A stretch of 64,000 nt of DNA from Laetmonice hystrix. Taxonomy: Eukaryota. Numbering within the stretch: the stretch's first letter is position 1; each line of letters starts with the position of its first letter. The translations under genes were made by a program, and so were the position numbers. Shown here one piece after another: positions 52,557 to 63,690 of the stretch. The notes under the pieces are model-generated. The model ran no database searches. It was not told where the DNA came from and worked only from the letters and a program-made list of their open reading frames with translations. Location of the stretch: the NCBI GenBank assembly GCA_965235115.1, contig OZ249436.1, positions 42,906,001-42,970,000 on the forward strand, in the 5' to 3' direction.

Positions 52557-53160
52557 AAGTGGGTTTAGTAAAAGTAAGTAGTATATAAAAATGGTGCCCT
52601 GCTTCAGGCGTTATTGTAACCGAGGTGGGTTTAGTAAAGGTAAGTAGTATTTAAAAATGGTCCCCTGCCTCAGGCGTTGGCACCGTACATTGTAACCGAG
52701 GTTAGTTTAGGAAAAGTAAGTAGTATTTACAAATAGTCCCCTGCGTCAGGCGTTGGCACCGTGCATTGTAACCGAGGTGGGTTTAGTAAAAGTAAGTAGT
52801 ATTTACAAATAGTCCCCTGCGTCAGGCGTTGGCACCGTACATTGTAACCGAGGTGGGTTTAGTAAAAGTAAGTAGTATTTACAAATAGTCCCCTGCGTCG
52901 GGCGTTGGTACCGTACATTGTAACCGAGGTTAGTTTAGGAAAAGTAAGTAGTATTTACAAATGGTCCCCTGCGTCGGGCGTTGGCACCGTACATTGTAGC
53001 CGAGGTTAGTTTAGGAAAAGTAAGTAGTATTTACAAATGGTCCCCTGCGTCAGGCGTTGGCACCGTACATTGTAACCGAGGTGGGTTTAGTAAAAGTAAG
53101 TAGTATTTACAAATGGTCCCCTGCGTCAGGGGTTAGTACCTTGCATTGTAACCGAGGAGG
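52557..53160. repeat. 76-bp minisatellite, ~8 copies
   Basis: gtgggtttagtaaaagtaagtagtatttacaaatagtcccctgcgtcaggcgttggcaccgtacattgtaaccgag. Confidence 0.93.
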
Positions 53161-53923
53161 GTCTAGTAGAATTATTAAAGTAAGTCGTATATAGAAATGA
53201 CCCCCGTTCTCAGGCGTCAACCCCTCTGACGTCACATTAATGTTTTAATGAGCATACTAATATTGAAGGGTGGGAGTGAAGATGGTGCAGTCCAGGCGAG
53301 TTCTGGATCTACAACACAGAACCAAAGGATCAGGGGAAATATCATACCACTTATAGTTCTAGCTAAAGTGATACTCGGTGGCGGTGCTCAGATGATAAAC
53401 TCGAACTTTAGTATTATGATATTACAACAGAATATCTCCCCCTCACTTCCACAAAGGTGAAGCTCCTGAAACTACTATAAAGGCTTATAGCACAGAGTGG
53501 AGCCTTGAGTTGTCAACAGCCATTTGATAGCCTGTGTCTGGGTGAGAATGGACGGGAATCGATCTCATATAGACAGTACGAGGGGTCAGTGAGGAGTTCA
53601 AGGTCTGACAGCAATACGTGTAACATCAGCGAACCAACGACTTGTGGAGGTTCTTTTAGAAGGTGTGTATGTTTTGAGATATGATTGGTTTATAGGTTCC
53701 CTTACATCAGAGCAGTAAGGGATACACTGCAGGGCGAAGGTGATACGGCTCGTCGGGAATATAGTGACATGGTTTCTTCTTGGTACGTCAAGGTCAAAGG
53801 TGTTTTACATAAAGGTTAGGAGGACAACAGGACAGCATTGGATGTTAGCATGGCGAGGGTTCAGTCGACCTCCATACAAACATCTTCAGGAAATATGGTG
53901 GTGAGAACTAAAGATATCACTGT

Positions 53924-54580
53924 GCCTAACCCTAACTCTGCCCCTTAATCCTGGTCCCCAACCCTAACTCTGACCCTTAATCCTGGTCCCCAACCCTAAC
54001 TCTGCCCCTTAATCCTGGTCCCCAACCCTAACTCTGCCCCTTAATCCTGGTCCCCAACCCTAACTCTGCCCCTTAATCCTGGTCCCCAACCCTAACTCTG
54101 CCCCTTAATCCTGGTCCCCAACCCTAACTCTGCCCCTTAATCCTGGTCCCCAACCCTAACTCTGACCCTTAATCCTGGTCCCCTGACCTAACCATGACCC
54201 TTAATCCTGGTCCCCAAACCTAACTCTGCCCCTTAATCCTGGTCCCCAACCCTAACTCTGCCCCTTAATCCTGGTCCCCTTACCTAACTGCCCCTTAATC
54301 CTGGTCCCCAACCCTAACTCTGCCCCTTAATCCTGGCCCCTAACTCTGCCCCTTAATCCTGGTCCCCCAACCCTAACCCTGCCCCTTAATCCTGGTCCCC
54401 TGACCTAACTCTGGCCCTTAATCCTGGTCCTCTGACCTAACTCTGCCCCTTAATCCTGGTCCCCTGACCTAACTGACCCTTAATCCTGATCCCCTGACCT
54501 AACTCAGCTCCTTAGTCCTGGTCCCCTGACCCTTATTCTGGTCCACAAACCTAACTGACCCTTAATCCTGGTCTCCTGAC
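53924..54580. repeat. 32-bp minisatellite containing CCCTAA / CCTTAA telomere-like motifs
   Basis: caaccctaactctgccccttaatcctggtccc, degenerating to the right. Confidence 0.93.
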
Positions 54581-55438
54581 CCCCCGCCCCCATATGTGTA
54601 GGCTGGGTTCACAGGGAACTCGTGAACACAAACTGTGTATGTGTAGGCTGGGTTTGTTACGACTGACCCAGGGAACTCGTGAACACAAACTGTGTATCAC
54701 GTAAGAAACATTCAAAAGTCTTGTGAAGACACAACCTGATATCACAGACACACTTTTGCTCGTGGCCTAAAAAGGTCAAAATCTCCTGAAGTTAGACTTT
54801 CTATATTTCCCCCTCCCCCACTTTTAAATAGGCAGCGGCGCCCATGCATGTTGTAAGGCTGACATTTACTCTCAATATTTCCAGGGAGCTCACCTCCATT
54901 GTAATCATGTGCACGAAAAAGAGATTCTTGACATTTATAGAGAGTAAAATATAAATATAAATATAAATGGTTTGGTTCTCTCGGTCATTCAATGCTGTTC
55001 TAGCCATTCTCACATTACGATAGGAAAGTGTATTTATTGTTGTGTGTGGTCTAACATTACTGTAATGTACAACGCGTTCAACCTAACATGAATTGATTCA
55101 AGAATATGGCTAATATCAAGATGACATGTTTTATTCATACGTTATCAAGTTGCAATCCTTCATCTCCGTTGTTGATTGTTTTTTTATAAATTCGTTTAGA
55201 CACAGAGAAAATCACTCCCCGGAAGTTCCTGTGAATATCCACTCCGACATAACGTTCCTTCAGGGCGTTATTGCCTCCTAAATCTTGTCGGTGCTGACTC
55301 TTGTAATTAGATTAATTGCTGTGAGTTGTGGGCGATAATACAGCAGATAATTATACAGATGGATTCCATCATTGGTGCTCAAATCATGCCGCCAGGTGGC
55401 AGGATGTGGGACGTTCTGGAAGGTTCGTCGAGATGTGT

Positions 55439-56562
55439 TCTAAGGTGTCCTGCCTGTAACCAATCAGAGATAGTTTTACAACGGATCATGCTGAGGTGGT
55501 CTGCCTGTAACCAATCAGACAGAGTTTTACAACTGATCATGCTGAGGTGGTCTGCCTGTAACCAATCAGACAGAGTTTTACAACTGATCATGCTGAGGTG
55601 GTCTGCCTGTAACCAATCAGAGTGATTTTAACAACTGATCATGCTGAGGTGGTCTGCCTGTAACCAATCAGAGACAGTTTTACAACTGATCATGCTGAGA
55701 TGGTCTGCCTGTAACCAATCAGAGTGATTTTAACAACTGATCATGCTGAGGTGGCCTGCCTGTAACCAATCAGAGTGATTTTAACAACGGATCATGCTGA
55801 GGTGGTCTGCCTGTAACCAATCAGAGTGATTTTAACAACTGATCATGCTGAGGTGGTCTGCCTGTAACCAATTAGAGTGATTTTAACAACTGATCATGCT
55901 GAGGTGGTCTGCCTGTAACCAATCAGAGACAGTTTTACAACTGATCATGCTGAGGTGGTCTGCCTGTAACCAATCAGAGTGATTGTAACAACGGATCATG
56001 CTGAGGTGGTCTGCCTGTAACCAATCAGAGATAGTTTTACAACGGATCATGCTGAGGTGGTCTGCCTGTAACCATTCGGAATGATTGTAACAACTGATCA
56101 TGCTGAGGTGGTCTGCCTGTAACCAATCGGAATGATTGTGACAACTGATCATACTGAGGTGGTCTGCCTGTAACCAATCAGACAGAGTTTTACAACGGAT
56201 CATGCTGAGGTGGTCTGCCTGTAACCAATCAGAGTGATTTTAACAACGGATCATGCTGAGGTGGTCTGCCTGTAACCAATCAGAGTGATTTTAACAACTG
56301 ATCATGCTGAGGTGGTCTGCCTGTAACCAATCAGAGATAGTTTTACAACGGATCATGCTGAGGTGGTCTGCCTGTAACCAATCAGAGATAGTTTTACAAC
56401 GGATCATTCTGAGGTGGTCTGCCTGTAACCAATCAGAGTGATTTTAACAACGGATCATGCTGAGGTGGTCTGCCTGTAACCAATCAGAGTGATTTTAACA
56501 ACTGATCATGCTGAGGTGGTCTGCCTGTAACCAATCAGAGTGATTTTAACAACTGATCATGA
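55439..56562. repeat. 51-bp minisatellite, ~22 copies
   Basis: tgctgaggtggtctgcctgtaaccaatcagagtgattttaacaactgatca. Confidence 0.96.
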
Positions 56563-58013
56563 TAACCATTGTCATAGGATACAGTTAACGTCGGAGAAAG
56601 AACCTATAAAGATAAAAGGTTTCGTGTGATCTGTTTTTTTTCTTTTATACAGAAAAGATTAATGTATTAAGCTTGATTTCTGAGGAATCTTCCATTTTAC
56701 TCTCTTGCGACAAGTGCGACATTGTCAGTGCTCAACGTAACTGGTGGCCTGGTGTAGTTCTTAAATGTGCTTTAATGAATAATTCAGATTTTACGACTAA
56801 ATGTCAATACATGAATTGTGTTTACTTGCTCTGCTGTAGGAACTTCTCCTGTCCCAAACAATATACCGATTGCAGAGATGTGATCATGTATTGTTAGCGT
56901 TTCTGCTGACACATTAACTGCCGGAGAAGTTACTTAATTACGAGCAGTTACTTTATTTTCCCTCTAGGAGACTGGGACCGAACATTGAGCAGTGTGTACT
57001 TGTTAGAGAGAAGTACAAGTCAGGATGGAGTAACGTAAAGGTCATGTCTGGTCACCGAGAGAATAGGCCCATTTGTCGACCTCCATGGTACCATTCATCC
57101 CAATCTGCACGGTTTGACGTCACTTACGTTTTTATGACGTCGCTTACGTCTGCGTTTATGACGTCATAATGAGGCGGTCAGGCAGCAGGTTGAGATTGTG
57201 ATAGATCAGTGCGGCTCGGAGTCTGACATCCGGCGCCCCATACCAGTTACTCAAAGAGTTCCCACAGGTCGACGTGCTGACAAACCCCGTCAGGTCGCCT
57301 TCCCCACCCAATCTAGCTCTGGTGCCATCATAAAAGTGGTGAGATCAGCGAAACCCTCCCTTTATCGAGAGGGGGGGGGGGGGTTCTGAACTGGTATATT
57401 TAGGGCCTAGCTGTAGGCCTAGAGTCTACTTCCGTTTGAAACTTTGAGAAAACTATATTGATGAGTGTACGTGTTTGTGTTTTACAGACAGGTAATACAT
57501 TAGAATATTATGCGCAGAAAAATACATGTACTGATATTTCCCTCCGGGTTTGGGCTTGCAGCGCTATAGAAATGGTTGTAAGTGTTTGGCTGAGCTATGT
57601 GTCTTGGACATCTACACATCGCAGAGTGATCACAACTGTTGAAATATATTTTTCTAAATCGGTGCCTGTACAAATTGTTTTAAGTGCAGCCGTGATCAAG
57701 TATTTGTTCAGCTGTCTCACTTCGGTTGGTATTATCAAGTCACGATAGAAGCAGCTGTCAAGGACTTGCGGTAGAATTGCTTTATTCACTCGACTTTTGT
57801 CGGCTTTCAGGGAGCCAGCGGCAGTTTATGAAACATGTTCCTTATTAATGGACGGTCATTTGCCTTGTGAAAACCATAGTTGTTAAAACTGTGGGTTAAA
57901 AATGAGATGAATGCCTTGAGCGAGGACAGAGAGGCCTTCATGAAGACAAGTTTCACAATAGTTCAGGCAGCAGTGTGATTGTGGCAGTTGGTCTTACTCT
58001 TTTACTCCCGGGG

Positions 58014-58201
58014 TCATAAATGTCGCCCGGCGACATCGCCCGTCATATCGCCCCGCGACATCGCCCGTCATAAATGTCGCCCGGCGACGTCGCTCGTCAT
58101 GAATATTGCCCGGCGACATCGCCAGTCATAAATGTCGCCCGGCGACATCGCCCGTCATAAATATCGCCCGGCGACGTCGTCGCCCGTCATAAATATCGCC
58201 C
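58014..58201. repeat. ~29-bp tandem repeat with internal hairpin
   Basis: gtcataaatgtcgcccggcgacatcgccc; atgtcgc-ccg-gcgacat is an inverted repeat. Confidence 0.85.
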
Positions 58202-59176
58202 AGTGCGGCCCACGTTAAAGCAATGGGTGAGGTCGCCAGAGCGGGCGACATTTTACCTTATATATGGGGTGGCGACGTCTCATCCCAGACCCGGTGGCGG
58301 GGAGACTGACGCTTAATTTAGCGTCGTTTTATATTGTTCTTGGTTACAGCGGATCCTTTGACAGAACCAAATGGAGAATGGATTAATGACAGCAAAAGAA
58401 GATCCGTAAAGGAGTGATCAGTGACCTAGAGTGTCACAAAATAATCTACTTTATAACATCCCTGTTGGGCGCTTGGATTAACTTTGAAATGGACCATGAT
58501 TGTGGACTGCCAGACTGAATTAACAAGCAAGAATCTGGTTTGAAAGGTTTTCTGCTATGATTTCGTATATGTAGTCTCCCGTCTGATATGTTATGTTTCT
58601 TCAGGAAATATTTTTTCTCACGTGAATGTGCCATTGGAACTGAATGGGACTCGGAGACGGCTGACTTCCTGTACAGGCGCCAGAATAAATATATATTGGA
58701 ATATTTCATCTATATTTAAGTCGGCTATGTTAGCACAGCCGGTCCGTTTGGGACAGAGTCTCTACATTACAGTTTGTCTTGACAATACATTGTAGATTGA
58801 TCTGCCACAAGACGTCATTCAAGTCTGTATAGTTCAGTCCGAGACGGATATTTTAATTCAAAAAGCAGACAAGTTATTTTCCAACTGAATGTGTACGCAA
58901 TAGTATTGGATAAAAACTATATTCTTTATTCGTCTGTATGTAGCAGTATGGACCAATGACAAGGTTTTTTTTATGACAGAAGACATCTTGGATGTAAACA
59001 GTGAGCTGACGTCGCAGTAAAACCTAGTTTCATGTTTGTTTTGTACCATTTGTAGTTTCAGTCACAAAATGAACTGTAGGCGTGGGCAGTTTATTCACTC
59101 AAGGGCCATTAATTCTCAGGAAGAGAGTTTTCCTATTTTCTAACTGGTGTCCATGTATATTCCCTCCCTTTCCCAG

Positions 59177-59413
59177 CATGGGTCGGATGAAGTCGGTGGC
59201 CCACAATATCCTTGGGACGTTATCCAAGCAGGATTCCGTGAACGTAGTCGTGTCCCACTCCGAGTACTGGTCCACTGACGGTATCTACCACAAACATGAC
59301 GCTGAGGTCCTTAGCTGTCACAAAGACAACCTCGTACCCGCATCTACCAGTCATCTCACTGAGCTCGGCTCAGCTATCGACAACCTCGTTCCCAAGGGAG
59401 GCTCCGATCATGT
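59177..59413 (+). CDS. alpha-2/delta / CACHD1-family protein, exon C (VWA domain)
   Basis: Acceptor tccctccctttcccag|c; AG+C=Ser, then MGRMKSVAHNILGTLSKQDSVNVV...LSCHKDNLVPASTSHLTELGSAIDNLVPKGGSDH. Donor gt|gtgagt; 237 nt, phase 2/2. Confidence 0.93.
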
Positions 59414-60097
59414 GTGAGTAAATGTTGCTCAAGTCATTACATCTATTATCGCCCACGCGTAGGAATACATACCAAGTCAATTATGCGCCGCTGCACCCAA
59501 ACACACGCGTTTTGGAATTAGGAAGTAACTCCTTGGGGACTATTCAGTCACTAACTAACTTTTACCTTTTACCAGGCCTATCGCCGCCACATCAGACCCT
59601 TGGAAGGTGGTCGGCCATGCGAAAAGGGGGCTGAGCAATGTGGGCTCAGGCATGAAACCTCTAAAATAAGCTAAAATCTCTCTGGTTTCCCCCCATAGTA
59701 TCTTCTAAAGGAGAGAAAATTGTTACTTTCTCCTCCATCGACCCCTTCTTTGTTCCATTGAGGGGGTTCTAGGGAGGTGTTTCTTGTAGCGTCCCCTTCA
59801 ACCCCACCAGAATAATGACCTTCATGAGAAGGGTATTTTCAGCAGTATAGTGATGCCCTTTTTCCGCGTCTATATGTCACAGTTAAAAGCCCACACAGAC
59901 GGTATACGGAGATCGATATGACAGGTTATGAATTATTTAATTTATCGTCTGTCATGAGCGTCATTTATTTCTACGAGAGCATGACGTAAAACGCTCGGCT
60001 GGCGATAAAACAGTCAACTGGAGATGGGAGGGACTTTAAACTTGTTTTAATCTGATCCACTGATAATCACTTCCGTTTTCTACTTTATTTTTTACAG

Positions 60098-60335
60098 AGA
60101 CGCGTTTCAGAAAGCGTTTTATTTATTAAAGAACAGCAGTCACGACCACTGTCAAAGTTTTGTGATATTTGTGACTGACGGCCAGAGTATGGACGACGAT
60201 CTCAGATGTAGTTCAGGTTACTATCGTTACGACGAACAGAACACGAAACACTACGAACCTGGAGAACTCTGTGAGTACGACTTTGATGAGGTCACTCACA
60301 TGGTCGGCCTGCTACAGTATCAGCTCCATAAACGG
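60098..60335 (+). CDS. alpha-2/delta / CACHD1-family protein, exon D (VWA domain, TDG motif)
   Basis: Acceptor tttttttacag|a; DAFQKAFYLLKNSSHDHCQSFVIFVTDGQ...LLQYQLHKR. Donor cgg|gtaagc; phase 2/0. Confidence 0.93.
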
Positions 60336-60614
60336 GTAAGCTAACTCCCAGTAACCATGGTAACTGAAAATGAAATATGGTCAAATAATTTGTTCAGCTT
60401 GTCGGGCTGTTACAGCCCAGTAACATTTATCAAAGTCACAGTCATGCACAAGTCTGTAATTGTTTGGGCGAGTTGGCCACATGAGAGGGCTAGTAACTTC
60501 CATTTTCTGTAGCCCAGTGGCCCGGTACTTTAAAAGTCAATTGTCACTTTGTAAGAATAGTTAAGAGTACACCCTAGAGACTGATGGTTGTGAACGGGGC
60601 TGATCTCATTCCAG

Positions 60615-60874
60615 ACGCACCTGTTTACGTTTCTGACGTCAGACGTCACCGACAGCCAGATCTTACCCGGCCGCCTGGCCTGTGACAACCAGGGTGCCAT
60701 GGCAACCGTCACCAGCGACCTCAACACATTCCGCCAGATGGCGCCCTACTTCCGGTTCCTGGAGGCAAGTTCGGGTGCGCAGTCGGCAGTGTGGACCTCT
60801 CCATACCTAGACAAGGCTGGACTTGGCCTCCTGGTCACTGTGTCTGTGCCCGTCTACAGCAACCTCACCAGAAA
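60615..60874 (+). CDS. alpha-2/delta / CACHD1-family protein, exon E (end of VWA, resumption of Cache domain)
   Basis: Acceptor ctcattccag|; THLFTF...LACDNQG...AVWTSPYLDKAGLGLLVTVSVPVYSNLTR, with the conserved 'WTxxYLDxxGLGLxxTxxxPV'. Donor aa|gttagt; phase 0/2. Confidence 0.94.
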
Positions 60875-60953
60875 GTTAGTACCCCTACCTATTCAAGGAA
60901 GCCGATAGATAAATGTCTTTTGTAACACATGTGGCTCAGATTCAGGTATTTAA

Positions 60954-61141
60954 AGGCCCACTGTACACATTTAACACCGTGTCGAAGAGAGCGGCCTTGG
61001 CTGTTCTGTGCGTGTTCAGCACCAGGAGTGTACCTCCGCACAGAACATAGTTCCCCACATCATAGAGCAGTCAACAGACTTGTGACGGATATCCAGGGGG
61101 CGCCACCCTTCGACACAGCGTTCCAAGTATACAGTGGGCCT
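60954..61141. mobile_element. MITE with TTAA TSD (Kolobok-like termini), 188 bp
   Basis: ttaa|aggcccactgta...gtgtcgaag ... cttcgacac...tacagtgggcct|ttaa. Confidence 0.75.
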
Positions 61142-61349
61142 TTAAGGCATGATAAGGGCGTTAAACCTTCTGGGGTAATAATAAAAAAAACAAATTGTTG
61201 AATGGAAGAGATATCTTTAAAAATGAGGCTTTAATATTTCCTCAGTTAAATTATTATTGGGCCCTTTTTTCTCATAAGATTTATTTTATATGACGGCAGA
61301 TGGTATGCATGGTAAGGACTGGTCAATAAGGGACAGTTGGGACACTGCC

Positions 61350-62355
61350 AATAATGTATTCGGATCCCGATGTGTGAGAAACCTTGGTTAAAAACTCCGA
61401 TTGTTACAGACACCTTGGTGTGGTAATAATGTATTCGGATCCCGATGTGTCAGAATCCTTGTTTAAACCTCCGATTGTTACAGACACCTTGGTGTGGTAA
61501 TAATGTATTCGGATGTGTGAGAATCCTTGTTTAAACCTCCGATTGTTACAGACACCTTGGTGTGGTAACAATGTATTCGGATCCCGATGTGTGAGAATGT
61601 TAAAACCTCCGATTGTTACAGACACCTTGGTGTGGTAATAATGTATTCGGATCCCGATGTGTGAGAATGTTAAAACCTCCGATTGTTACAGACACCTTGG
61701 TGTGGTAACAATGTATTCGGATCCCGATGTGTGAGAATCCTTGTTTAAACCTCCGATTGTTACAGACACCCTGGTGTGGTAATAATGTATTCGGATCCCG
61801 ATGTGTCAGAATCCTTGTTTAAACCTCCGATTGTTACAGACACCTTGGTGTGGTAATAATGTATTCGGATCCCGATGTGTGAGAATGTTAAAACCTCCGA
61901 TTGTTACAGACACCTTGGTGTGGTAATAATGTATTCCGATCCCGATGTGTGAGAATCCTTGTTTAAACCTCCGATTGTTACAGACACCTTGGTGTGGTAA
62001 TAATGTATTCGGATCCCGATGTGTGAGAATGTTAAAACCTCCGATTGTTACAGACACCTTGGTGTGGTAATAATGTATTCGGATCCCGATGTGGGAGAAT
62101 CCTTGGTTAAAACCTCCGATTGTTACAGACACCTTGGTGTGGTAATAATGTATTCCGATCCCGATGTGTGAGAATCCTTGTTTAAACCTCCGATTGTTAC
62201 AGACACCTTGGTGTGGTAATAATGTATTCCGATGTGTGAGAATCCTTGTTTAAACCTCCGATTGTTACAGACACCTTGGTGTGGTAATAATGTATTCGGA
62301 TCCCGATGTGTGAGAATGTTAAAACCTCCGATTGTTACAGACACCTTGGTGTGGT
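61350..62355 (+). repeat. 68-75-bp tandem array containing the 3' splice site of exon F (14 copies of ttgttacag|acaccttggtgtggt)
   Basis: Unit aaaacctccgattgttacagacaccttggtgtggtaataatgtattcggatcccgatgtgtgagaatgtt; the last copy supplies the acceptor and first 15 nt of exon F. Confidence 0.96.
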
Positions 62356-62488
62356 TGGTATTGACGTACCGTTGATGCACATAGAGAATATCATGAGGAA
62401 TGACCTGTGGGGCAGTACGTATGCCTTCGTTATCGACAGTAAAGACGGTAGTGCTATCATTCACCCGTTCTCCTTACCGGCTGCACAG
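62341..62488 (+). CDS. alpha-2/delta / CACHD1-family protein, exon F (Cache domain)
   Basis: Acceptor ttgttacag|a; AA+A=Lys, then HLGVVGIDVPLMHIENIMRNDLWGSTYAFVIDSKDGSAIIHPFSLPAAQ (conserved GVxGxDV and YAFxID...HP). Donor cag|gtgagt. Confidence 0.94.
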
Positions 62489-63479
62489 GTGAGTAAATAT
62501 GGGGTAACAACAACAAAACCATGATCCACTTCTGTTTGTACCACATTGGGTATTATTGGGTATTATTTCTTTTTATTATTTATAGGTCTACTATTTCAAT
62601 GCTGATTCGGAGTTTGCTGGCATTTACTAGCCGCTAGGTGGCATTGCAGATCTGCTAACGCTCTTATAATTTGCCACATCACCACTAGATGGAAGCACTG
62701 TTGTATATTTGCATTTCGTCGGGATGACGGTTCTTACGATCAGGGAAATAAAAGTTATCTACAGAAAAGTCGATTTTTAACCAAAATCAGTTACAGGACC
62801 GAAAGAAAATTTCAGGCAGCCACAATCGACAAATATCAACTTAGCATTGCCATACAGCTCATACTGGTGGAGATTCGGGATTTATCCTCTATTTGATAAG
62901 TGTAGTCTTCATCATGATTACTACTTGTGGGATCACTCGGAAATCATAATTACCTGTTCTCATTCGGCCCAGAAAAAAAACCTTTAGCGATGTGAGATTC
63001 TGACGCACCATCACTGGATGAACCTTTGTTTTAGCTGACTGTAGTTAGAGTTGTTAGAGTCTTTAGTTGACCGTGGACATTTAATGTACAGCCGGCTTGA
63101 CTAGACCTACTCCTCATTTACTTGTAGGCTGTTAAAGCAATCAAAGAGTATCTCCCAATTCAATGACTCCAAAATGCAGACATGGGCTGTTAGGTTAGAT
63201 AAGGTCAACAACCAGCCATGAGACGTTCGCTTCATGGCGACAACAGGCAACTGGAATGTTAAATTTCATTAGATTTCTTTATTTCTATGGGTATACATTT
63301 ATTGATTTATGTAGTCTAAGACCTTAGCTAACTTAACACACCATGTCTGCATTTTGGAGTCATTGAAACGAGAGATACTGTCTGATTGCTTTAAGTTAAG
63401 GTTTTGCAGTTATTTTTATTTTTAATGTTCAACACAAGAAATAATTGTTATGATAAATACACACTCCCTGCGTTGTTAG

Positions 63480-63690
63480 CTGCTCGAAGATCCTACCTTC
63501 ATTCCCATCATGCACCTGGAGACTCACAATGGTGAGCCGAAGGACTTCGCCAAGGTTTTGAAGAACATGGAGGATCAGCAGACTGGCCACTTCAAGATCA
63601 CAGAGAACGCTCAGCGGGCCATGTCAGTCCACAACTCTCTGGTGTGGAGACCAACCAAATACTCGCACTACTTCTACACGGATATACCAG
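63480..63690 (+). CDS. alpha-2/delta / CACHD1-family protein, exon G (Cache domain); gene continues beyond window
   Basis: Acceptor cgttgttag|; LLEDPTFIPIMHLETHNGEPKDFAKVLKNMEDQQTG...SHYFYTDIP(G), in frame with exon F. Donor ccag|gtacca; read-through stops at TAA 63702-63704. Confidence 0.9.

Noticed and set aside
3481..63690. Assigning gene symbol CACNA2D1-4 or CACHD1
   Set aside because: The family is clear, but orthology cannot be decided without a phylogeny; features are mixed.
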